A stretch of DNA of 64,000 nt from the NCBI RefSeq assembly GCF_009914755.1, contig NC_060947.1; one strand, 5' to 3'. The notes under the pieces are model-generated. The model searched no databases, was not told where the DNA came from, and saw nothing but the letters and a program-made list of their open reading frames with translations. Below are positions 53,506-64,000 of the stretch, piece after piece. The stretch comes from the human T2T-CHM13v2.0 reference genome, Homo sapiens. The position numbers were made by a program, and so were the translations under genes. The first letter of the stretch is position 1. Every line of letters begins with the position of its first letter.

Positions 53506-54212
53506 TCAAGGGAGGGGAGGAATCTTTAGCCCATCACCCATTTACAGCTCATATCTGTGATGGCCAGAACAAAAAGACAGTGGGAGTGTCTTCTTTAAGG
53601 AGGGGAAGCTGATAGTTTAATGCCCCTGGCTCTTGGTGAGTTCCTACCAACAGAATGGACCACAGAGGGAGGGAAGGTGGTTAGAGTGAGAGCAAGATGC
53701 ACTTTCATCGGCACAAGTCAAGATGTAGTGGGCCAAAGTGAATTTGACATAATGAAATAAGGCTAAGCTTGAGCTTATTTGAAAGGACCCAGAGCAAGAA
53801 ACATTCTTCTAGGGTGAGAAGACTCCAGGAGAGTCTACATGAGGGTAATTCAAGATAGAAGAAGGCAAAAGGAACTTATATAGTCACCTGGATAAGATCA
53901 GGTAGCACCAATTAAGTAAGTGGGTATTGTTCTTCTACCTGTCATCTCATTTCATCCTGCAACCTGAAAGAGCCAGCCACGTCAGCACCATGATCATAAG
54001 AGAGGAAGCTGGAGCAGAGGGTTGAAAAGAGCAGGACATGTTTACCTCCTTCCTCACAGGCAGTGTGCAAAATTCCCAGACAGGCCTGAGGGTGAGGATG
54101 AGGTGCCAGAAAGAATCAGGAGAAGACTTCAATTGCCATGTGAGAAGAAAGTGTTGATTGATTTGAGATTTCTATAAATACCTCAAAATTAGACTCTTCT
54201 GGCACTGGGAGC

Positions 54213-54541
<329 letters not shown>

Positions 54542-57500
54542 CTAATATTTGTTTTAAAAGTGTGTAGGTATTCAAACTTCCTCTGAAAAGCTTTATAATT
54601 TGCAAAATTCAATACAACTGTTTTTATATATTTTAAAAGAGTATTCCTCTTCTACATGAGTGGTTAAATGTTTTAATTATTTTCAATTTCAGCATCTTGT
54701 GAATGTCTTTTCTGTTTTAAAATTTTTGCTTGTATTTCACGGGATTAAATATGCATTGTTTAGTCCTCTTGTAAAGGAGTCTGAGAAATGGAAGCAATTT
54801 CTTTAAACAGCCATTATGTTTGCCACAATATTTCTAAGTACCAGCCAGAAAAAATATTGGGATACCTTATAAAATAATGCTTTCCATCATTAAACCGAAA
54901 AGAGCGCATGTGAAGATGAAAGAAGGCTTTAGAAGTCATCATGTAATGTTCAGCCATTACTGTTTTACTTGAGTTTCAAGAAAAAATCAGTCAAAACTGA
55001 TTTATGTTTAATTCTGAACACAAATTAACTTTAAAAGCCTACTCATGAAAGTGGAGGAATATGCCATTTGCAAAACAGACACCAACCAAGTATTTCAAAC
55101 GTTTTTATAGCGTATTCACAGAATTCAGTGGACTGTGTACTTCTCATTTAGTAAGAGTTCTTTATAAAATAAAATGGAATGGGAGGTGGCAGGATAACTT
55201 AGCCAAAACAATTAATCTTGTTTTAAATATAATCTTAATGTTTTATTTTGTATGTTATTTTCTCAAAATGGTTATGCATTTCTGTAATCATATAGCTAAC
55301 CTAAGAAAGTTGTTTCAAGAATAAACATCAATTTTGATCGTCTTATAAAATGATGGATAACATAAGTTTCTTCTCTTTAACTTAGTGAACATATCAAATA
55401 CTTTAAAAATGTAATTTTACAACCTTAAGAAATATTGATATTTAGAAAAGTAATCTTCCCTAAAATTTTGAAGATATTTTGGCAGGTGGATATTTAAAAT
55501 ACAAATTATTCATTATGTTAAAGGTGTCATTTAAGATTTTTTTCTGTTTAAACCTAGAAGAAAATAATATCCAAACAATAATGTAATTTAGAAATCATTT
55601 TTGTAATATTATAGTTACATTTGAGATACTTTCTACCATCCTAGAAATATAGTACAGTTAATTAGAAACTTAAAGCTTTTGACTATAGTGAAACATTTAT
55701 TTCTATTGAGTCTTGCTATTTTCAAAACTCTGAATAATTTGATTCCAGAGATTTTCAAGAGATTGCAGTACTGGTAGCGCTAAGCATTCAACAATTGCTC
55801 TCTGGAAGGCTGCTCTGTAAAGGATTTTGAGGATGTGTCCAGATCTACTGAATAAGAGTGAAATGATCAGTTAATAGTATTTGCCATGGATATTGCAAGG
55901 ATGCCAAGGAGGAGCTGTGATTTAAGTACTCCATAGACACCATCCGTATCTCCCACTCTTAAGATCTGGCCAACTGTAGAATATTATGACACTTTTGTAC
56001 CACGAGAGCATGGTCTTGTTAGATAGGTTGTAGTTTACAGAGAAAATAGTAGGTTTAATGTGATTTTGTTTCATTTTGTTTTCAAGACTTATATATGTAA
56101 TAAGACTTCAAGTAGTTCTATATTCCAATATTTATTCCTCTTTAGACCAGAATCTAAATCTAAATTTAATGTGTAGGTCACAACATGTGAGTGGCTCAAC
56201 ATGTGAGTGGGAAATAGAATAGAATAAAAGGTAGTAGAAAGTATCAGAAAATATTACATGTGGTAAATGCAGGGATTGTTTTGTAAAACTTTTGTGATAT
56301 GCGTATGTGAACCATATTGTGATATAAAACAAATTATTGTGGGTTGTGGTTAAAACATTTTGAAACTCAGTGGTTTAGATTCTAGCATTTTTACTTCTAT
56401 GACAGGCTATAACATTCTGTTGAACGGACACTGATCTTCTCTGAATAATGTCTGAGTAGTAGACCAGGACAAATGTCTAGGCCAAATGTGTCATTTCCAT
56501 CTTCTGTCTTATGCCCTGAGTAAAATCTCTAGGCTCATATTGGGTTGATAGTATGTGTTACCTTGGCATACCCTTTTTTCTAGTGGTTGTTATTTTTGAC
56601 CATTGGAAATTATTTAGTGGCCAAGTCCTCTATCAACTTTATAAAATATGCCAGGTTACCCAGGAAATTAGTCACTGTTCAGTATTTTACATTTTACACT
56701 TTTATTTTTCCTTCTTTATAATTATAAGCGTTGAATATTTTGCTGTAGAAGTTTAAATGCCCACTTATTTTAAGAATTCATAATTCTAATGTCTCCTGAA
56801 ACCATTGTAGAAGACTATTTTTCATTGCATTTATAATCAACACTGATTTCTAATAAGTGATATCTGCTCTAATCTAATTGTTAATTTGTATATATTCTTA
56901 GTTTCCATCTTTCTTCACCAGATGTTGTTCACCACACTAAATGTTGTTTCCATTCCTCTAAAATGTAGCATCCTTCCAACTCATTTATTTATTAGAGGTG
57001 ATCAGGCAAATATTCTGAGCTATGTCCTCTGAAACAGCCATAGACAAAGCTGTAATATCTGCCTTGAAGATATGTTCCCAGAAGCTTAGTAAGAATTTTT
57101 TGTCACCCCTGTAACATGATTTGATAAATTTCATAACAGCTCCATGTTCTAAAGTACGTTTATTACCAAGCTTTGATTTATAATTGAAATGCTCAACCTT
57201 CTCCATTTCTTTAGGTTAAAACATTTAGGCAACTGGAATTTGTTAAAATTGAGATGTGTCCTGTCTACTAATTATCTTTACTACATTTGCTTCAATTATA
57301 GCTTTTGACGTAGTGGAGATCATGGCTGAAATGGGATGCTTTATAAGTCATTAGCCAGGATGGGTCAGTATGAGGATCAGGAAATATCTTAGAACTTAAA
57401 GAGTGCCTTCCAGGGCTAAGACAATGTACCTTGGGGGAAGGACAGGACGAACAAGAACAGAAGGAAGAAATCTAAACAGAAAGATGTATCATCAACATAA

Positions 57501-57549
57501 TTTGACTTTTTAGTTTAGATTGTCCCTGCTACTTGATGCTAAGATACGT

Positions 57550-58392
57550 TGCTACTTTAAGTGTTTCCTTTGGATCAGCAGCAGCAGCAGCATCATGTGG
57601 AAACTTTTTAGAAATATAAATTTCAGACCCCATCCCAGAGCTACTGAATCTCTGGGATGAAGAAAGGCTGTCGGGGAGAGGTGGATAAAAATCTGTCTTT
57701 TACACTGTTGGTGGGACTGTAAACTAGTCCAACCATTGTGGAAGTCAGTGTGGCGATTCCTCAGGGATCTAGAACTAGAAATACCATTTGACCCAGCCAT
57801 CCCATTACTGGGTATATACCCAAAGGACTATAAATCATGCTGCTATAAAGACACATGCACATGTATGTTTATTGCGGCACTATTCACAATAGCAAAGACT
57901 TGGAACCAACCCAAATGTCCAACAATGATAGACTGGATTAAGAAAATGTGGCACATATACACCATGGAATACTATGCAGCCATAAAAAACGATGAGTTCA
58001 TGTCCTTTGTAGGGACATGGATGAAATTGGAAATCATCATTCTCAGTAAACTATCGCAAGAACAAAAAACCAAACACCGCATGTTCTCACTCATAGGTGG
58101 GAATGGAACAATGAGATCACATGGACACAGGAAGGGGAATATCACACTCTGGGGACTGTTGTGGGGTGGGGGGAGGGGGGAGGGATAGCATTGGGAAATA
58201 TACCTAATGCTAGATGACGAGTTAGTGGGTGCAGCGCACCAGCGTGGCACATGTATACATATGTAACTAACCTGCACAATGTGCACATGTACCCTAAAAC
58301 TTAAAGTATAATAATAAAAGAAAAAAAAATCTGTCTTTTAGCAGACTCTGCTGGTGATTCTTATGTGCAATAAAGTTTGAGTACCATTCCTA
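57550..58392. mobile_element. MER5A-like DNA transposon split by an L1 insertion
   Basis: cagcagcatcatgtggaaact...cagaccccatcccagagctactgaatc on the left; ggtgattcttatgtgcaataaagtttgagtaccat on the right. Confidence 0.7.
57703..58324 (+). mobile_element. 5'-truncated young L1 (L1PA2/PA3-like), sense to the gene
   Basis: Near-intact ORF2 C-terminus (WKSVWRFLRDLELEIPFDPAIPLLGIYP...); 3'UTR has GAG rather than ACA/ACG at the L1HS diagnostic site; 16-bp TSD aaaaatctgtctttta (57687-57702/58325-58340). Confidence 0.95.
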
Positions 58393-58729
58393 GAGTAAAC
58401 ACTGAAAAATGGACCTCATAGAAATAATGATACCAGTGAAAAATATATTTTAAATGTAATTTTACAAATAGTTTTCATCCATTTAGTTACATGGATCTCT
58501 GTGTGGTATTTGCTGTTGAAAAAAAATAAGGTTACAATTTATCAAGGCTAATGAAAGAAAACATATAAGAGATTCAAAGCTAGTGAGATATATTCAATAG
58601 TGTATCAAGGTAAAAAAATAAAACAAATGGCCTTATATTATGTAATAATTTCCTTTACATTTCCTTTCATAGTATAATGACTCCATGCTGACACTAAAAG
58701 TTGATTACATATTTGTTGTATAATTCTAG

Positions 58730-58905
58730 GACAGCACTTGCATTGAAATACCTCTCTCTAATCCAAAAGATAGAGGTCTTCACTTAGAGGTGCAGTTAAC
58801 GAGTGCTGCCCTTAATGGGGATAATGAAATTATCCTGAGTCCACTACAGTGCACCAAATATATTGTATGGTATTCTCCAGCAACTACAGGCTACAGCGAT
58901 GAAAG
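58730..58905 (+). CDS. CFAP47: CFAP47 coding exon D (176 nt, phase 0 to 2): DSTCIEIPLSNPKDRGLHLEVQLTSAALNGDNEIILSPLQCTKYIVWYSPATTGYSDE(S)
   Basis: ttctag acceptor, AAG|gtatgg donor, open frame joining exons C and E. Confidence 0.92.
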
Positions 58906-59313
58906 GTATGGTTTGAGTGTGGCATTATATTTCATTGTTGATCCTTAGAAATTAACCTTTAAAATTTATTTTTTCTTATACTATAATCATTAAAATTACA
59001 CTTGCTCATAGTTTTAACTTTGTTTAATACTAGTCCCTGAAAAAATGTACTGACTTACAGTTAGCTTTTGCTTGCTTCAGTGCAAAAATAGTATTTATCA
59101 GAATATCAAATTAAATAATTTCTACATTTCTCCTTTTATCCCCTTTCACTTCACTTTTTACTAAGTAAATCTTTATGGATGCAAAAACTGAACAAATGAA
59201 AACAGTTGCATGAGGACTAGGGATTAAACTTTCAATTTTCTTGAGGAAAATTAACTTATATATTTTTCTTCTTAAATACAAATAATTCACTTGGAGGACA
59301 TAAAGGAATTAAA

Positions 59314-59550
59314 GTAATTAATTACAGTCATAATGTCCTACAATACATATCTTGAACTTATTTCTGCTAACTGAAATTTTGCATCCATTGACCAGTCTCT
59401 CCCCAAAGTTTGTGTCCCCTCCACCTCCCAGCGCCTGGTAACAATAATCATTATACTTTCTGCTTCTGAGTTCAATTTTTAAAAATTCTGCATATAAGTG
59501 AAATTTGTCTTTCTGTGCCTGGCATATTTTATTTAATGTAACATCCTTCA
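59314..59550 (-). mobile_element. L1MA-type 3'UTR fragment
   Basis: taactgaaattttgcatccattgacc...gcctggtaac...tttgtctttctgtgcctggc. Confidence 0.7.
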
Positions 59551-60009
59551 GAATAACTCTTATTGGTGCTTCAAGTACAGTATCCTACAATAGAAACCAG
59601 TAATTGTTATTTTAATGAGTCAGTAAATAAATGAATACATCTGTGAAATTTTAAAGGACAAAAATTATTATTCTGCGAAGCATGAAAATAAGAATATAAC
59701 ATGAAAGATACTATTCTGAAAAAATTATTATTAGAAATATGGGCTGGTCTTTTTGCCCCAATATGACTGCACAAGCTTTGTGAACATATACTGAATCTTG
59801 AATTTTCTTTATCAGCATACATTAAAAAAATTTTTGGCTAATACTTACTGTCTGCCTACTCTGTTATCATCATTGGGGCGTGTATTTTACATATATAAAC
59901 ATAAAATTCTCATAGTAACTGTAAGAGGTAAGATTGATTCCTCCTATTTTATAAATGAGAAAATTGAAGCTCAAAAAGTTAAGTGACTTTTTCAAGACTG
60001 CACAAATAA

Positions 60010-60340
<331 letters not shown>

Positions 60341-60823
60341 CCCAGTTATACTTGTTTAGACTGTCACAAGCTCTGCTTCCCTGGGAGTTGAGGATGTGCT
60401 GATCATAAAGGAAGTTCTCTAGAGCTATATGTCACTTGATAGCATTCACATGAAAATGCACATGCATTCAACTAAAACTAAATTTGACTTAGTCACAGTT
60501 AAAAAGCAGGGCTTTTACTGTTCCACCTTCTGCAAGATATTTAAAATACTCATGTTTAAACATTTTTATTGATCCAACAGGCATTTATTAAACAGATATT
60601 AATGACAACAACACTGCTTTTCTTGAATAATGAAGTGATTTTCTCAACCAAAAATGAAGAATTAAAAATACATCTACAAAAAGAGTAGTATGTGTTACAG
60701 AGTAGTTGTCAAATGTTGTATTTAAAACCAACTATTTATACTAGTTTGGGGTATACTACTTCTGCCCAATTTATTACACAAACTAAAACTGCTGACAAAA
60801 TTTTGTGTATTTCTCTCCACCAG

Positions 60824-60931
60824 CATTATTTTTCAGCCTGAAATGGCTGAAGAGTTCTGGTATTTACTGAAGTTAACTATTGAATTACCAAAACCAACCA
60901 CAATGCCAGAAATACAGTGCGACCTTGGCAA
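60824..60931 (+). CDS. CFAP47: CFAP47 coding exon E (108 nt, phase 2 to 2): (S)IIFQPEMAEEFWYLLKLTIELPKPTTMPEIQCDLG(K)
   Basis: ttctctccaccag acceptor, CAA|gtaagt donor, in frame. Confidence 0.92.
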
Positions 60932-61100
60932 GTAAGTTCTACTTAATAGATAAAGTTATTGCTTGCAAGAAAAATAGTTAATCTATTACAATGTTGTTAT
61001 AATGCATTCAGTTTCTAAAATAAAGAATAAATATATCTTTAGTCATTGATTTTTTTTCCCCTAGGGAAGGTTTGATATGTAAACTACCCTGTGGAAAACT

Positions 61101-61536
61101 TGTCAAATAAAAACAAATCAGGACTTAGCAAGGAAAGAGTGTTATTCAAAAGGATTATTACAAGGGATAAAAAGGGACCATTGCAATAGGGAAAGACTCC
61201 CATCTTAGAAGTCTACAAGGGTTTACAAAATCAAACAGAAAAAAGTTCATCTTTTATAAAGTAAAGGAAGGTCAAGCAGATATAGACAGAATCTTTGGAG
61301 GGAAAGCTGGACAAGCAAGGGAAAATGGCCAGTGATGTCTAACAGGAAGAGTTTTACTGTGGTCAGCTAATTCCCAGGAGAAGCTGACAAAGGGTCATGT
61401 TACTTTGTGTGTCTGCATGCTTGTTTAGGCTTAGGGACAAGCAGAGTTCAGGGGCTGGTGGGAAGGAGAGAAACCTGGCAAACTTTCCTCAAGGTGAAGC
61501 AGAGGTAAGCAATGAACAACTGTGAACATTTGGTCA
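61101..61536 (-). mobile_element. ERV1-class solo LTR (MER31/MER67-like)
   Basis: tgtcaaataaaaacaaatcaggacttag...acatttggtca termini (TG...CA); no clear TSD. Confidence 0.5.
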
Positions 61537-62754
61537 GTGGGTTAATGCCGTGATCCCTTGAGATATGACCATTCCTATTTAGGTAGTTGAGTTCCTACTA
61601 TTTATCAAGTTTGGTGCTGGTAAATAGGGGTAAACAAGGCATAATCCCTACTTTTAAAGAGTATACACCGTAGTGAGCAAATTAGTGCCTTTTAACTAAT
61701 TTCTCTCCCTTATCACATCAAAAGAGTGTTGCATTCTTCCAGTACCAGCTCTTTAGCCAAAACAATGACATTTGAAATTTTTTTCTTACAGTAGCATAGA
61801 TATCTAGTATGAAAATATTTTATTCCTATTTTTCTAAGGTATTGTTTATGAGAAAACTTGGGAAATTGGTAATATACGAAGCAGATGCTTACCAAAAAAT
61901 GATGGGAAATCTGTCATGATTTTTAGTGTATTTTATTCACTATAATTAATGAAGTTTTGGTTATTTTCATTGAATTTCTTCATATGTCCCTGGTGAAAGA
62001 ACAAATTCATGATTTACAGAGACTTGTTAAATTTGTAGTCTAGAATCACAAAACTGACATATAATGTTCTTTTTAAGGTGAATCATTTTATACATATACT
62101 TTATATAAAAACAAGAAAATGGTGCTTTATTTGAATTATATAATTTGAATTTATGAACTGAATTCTGCTCAGCACATATTACCTAATTTTCCTCTGTCAC
62201 AAGGCCATGACATTGTGAAAAACAATATATGTATGGTGATGATTCCATTCTTTTTATTACAGATTTGCTACCTAAATATTTTAATCTTACTCTATATTGT
62301 AAGCAAGAAACAGTAAAGAGATATGAAAAACTGTACATAGATAAAATTATGTTATTATGTTATACTTTACAGAAAGAATGAAGATGACAAGCTGGATGCT
62401 GTACATTAAAAACCATTAGAATTGATAGTTGAGAATTATGAACACTCATTTATTATTTGTTTAGAGCATAAATAGTCACATATTTTGGGCATTTACTCAT
62501 CATCAATTTGGATCTTGTTAATGTTCTCAATGAAAACTTCGTGCATTTATTACTCTGTTATTACGACTAGACTGTGTTAGCTTTTTTGGCTGGATTTAGC
62601 ATTATAAAACAATAAGTAAACATTATTCCTAAAACTGGAATATATTCTAATATCTAATATGGGATAACATTAGGTCTCAAAAATAGAGAACCAAGGATTA
62701 AAATGTCATTAGTTCATACATAATTATTTTGAGTTTGAAACTAAAAGAAGTCAT

Positions 62755-63520
62755 TATATTAGCTTCCTAGGGTTGCCATTACAGGCATCATAAACTGGGT
62801 GGCTTAAGACCACAAAAATGTATTGTCTCACAGTTCTGAGGCTAGAAGTTTAAAATCAAGGGTTCACCATGACCATGCTCCTTCTGAAACCTGTAAGGGA
62901 TAATTCCTTGCCTCTTTTAGCTTCTACTTCTTCTTCTTCTTTTTTTCTATGTTTTAGAGACAGGGTCTTGCTCTGTCACTGAGGCTGGAGCGCAGTGGTG
63001 CAATCATGGCTCACTGCAGCCTCAAACACCTGGGCTAGAGCGATCCTCCTGCCTCAGCCTCCCAAGTATGTAGGACTACAGGCAAGCTACCATGCCTGGC
63101 TATTTTTTAAATTTTTTGTAGAGACAGGTTCTTACTGTATTGCTCAGGCTTGTCTTAAACTCCTGGCCTCAAGTGACCCTCCAGACTCAGCTTCCCAAAG
63201 CATTGGGATTACAGGCATGAGCCACTGTGCCTGGTCTTTTTTAGCTTCTTCTGCTTGCCAGCAACGTTTGGCTTTCTGTGACTTGAGATACATCACTCTA
63301 ATCTCTACTTCCACTGTTATATGGCCATCTTCTGTGTATCTTCACATGATTCTATTTACAAAGACACCAGTCATACTGGATTAAGGGCCTGTCTTATTCC
63401 AGTAAGACGTTATCTTAACTAGTTACATATGCAGTGACTCTATTTCCAGATAATATCACATTCTGAAGTACTAGGAATTAAGACTTCAATATATCTTATG
63501 GGGTGACATATTTTAATCCT
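62755..63520 (-). mobile_element. MLT1C-like MaLR LTR split by an Alu
   Basis: aaactgggtggcttaa...tctcacagttctgaggctagaag; gacaccagtcatactggattaagggcc; tcacattctgaagtact. Confidence 0.8.
62926..63236 (-). mobile_element. AluJ
   Basis: Dimeric J-type Alu; TSD ttttagcttct. Confidence 0.88.
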
Positions 63521-63600
63521 AGGGGTCATCAAGTTTATGGAATTAACACTAAATAAGTTTATGAATACCAGCAACTTTACTAGCTTTTTTTTTCTCCTAG

Positions 63601-63712
63601 GCATGTCACTCAGATCATTCCTTTAGTTAATTGTACGCATGAAACCTTAAAATTGCAAGTAACAAACAGTAATCCTGAAAATTTTGTCCTGGATATTAAC
63701 AGAAAATCACAA
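63601..63712 (+). CDS. CFAP47: CFAP47 coding exon F (112 nt, phase 2 to 0): (K)HVTQIIPLVNCTHETLKLQVTNSNPENFVLDINRKSQ
   Basis: ttttttttctcctag acceptor, CAA|gtaagt donor, in frame with exon E. Confidence 0.92.
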
Positions 63713-63851
63713 GTAAGTAAATTCAGAGAGCCATGAAATTTACTGCTGCTAGATCATTTTCCAATTCTGATTTTGGGACACTGGTGGAGTATTATCACTT
63801 GAATTATTACTAAGGATTTAAATTTCTAAAATTTAAGAATTGAATTTTATA

Positions 63852-64000
63852 GGCCCAGCGGGGTGGCTCATGCCTGTAATCCCAGCACTTTGGGAGGCTG
63901 AGGCGGGCAGATCACTTGAGGCCAGGAGTTTGAGACCAGCCTGCCCAACATGGCAAAACCCCGTCTCTACTAAAAATACAAAAATTAGCCAGACGTGGTG
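63852..64000 (+). mobile_element. AluS, cut by the window end
   Basis: ggtggctcatgcctgtaatcccagcactttgggaggctgaggcgggcagatcacttgagg. Confidence 0.9.

Noticed and set aside
57736-58188. 150-aa ORF running past the normal L1 ORF2 end (LIGGN)
   Set aside because: Fragment of a 5'-truncated L1 with a point change of the stop (TGA to GGA); no promoter or real ATG

Overview
Hominoid, most likely human, AT-rich and LINE-dense intronic DNA. It carries six + strand coding exons that splice in frame through canonical AG/GT sites: 11086-11197, 40240-40383, 45382-45479, 58730-58905, 60824-60931 and 63601-63712. The joined peptide (VTADLPIVWGNPQ...PWKRGILKGTITF...FWYNLEIHSTPGPPIEIMEMTCIALDSTCIEIPLSNP...EEFWYLLKLTIELPKP...DLGKHVTQIIPLVNCTHE...) matches my recollection of CFAP47 (formerly CXorf22/CXorf59/CXorf30, Xp21); I could not run a database search. 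The rest is mainly nested transposable elements: L1M, L1PA15/16-like, L1MA, L1PA2/3, Alus, an SVA, a full-length HSMAR2, MaLR/ERVL LTRs, MIR, L2 and MERs. Almost all ORFs in the supplied track are repeat-derived noise. Four observations stand out. (1) A 76-nt ungapped inverted copy (70/76 identical) of the exon A 3' splice site and first 26 exon nt lies 3 kb upstream in the same intron and could base-pair over the acceptor. (2) An orphan antisense L1PA 5'UTR, with intact ORF0, retained splice donors and a mutated YY1 site, points its antisense promoter into the downstream exons and may drive a short C-terminal isoform. (3) A 5'-truncated SVA carries a 3' transduction, and its own polyA signal reads AATGAA. 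(4) Several templated-insertion scars are present. Subfamily names come from remembered consensus motifs and are approximate.
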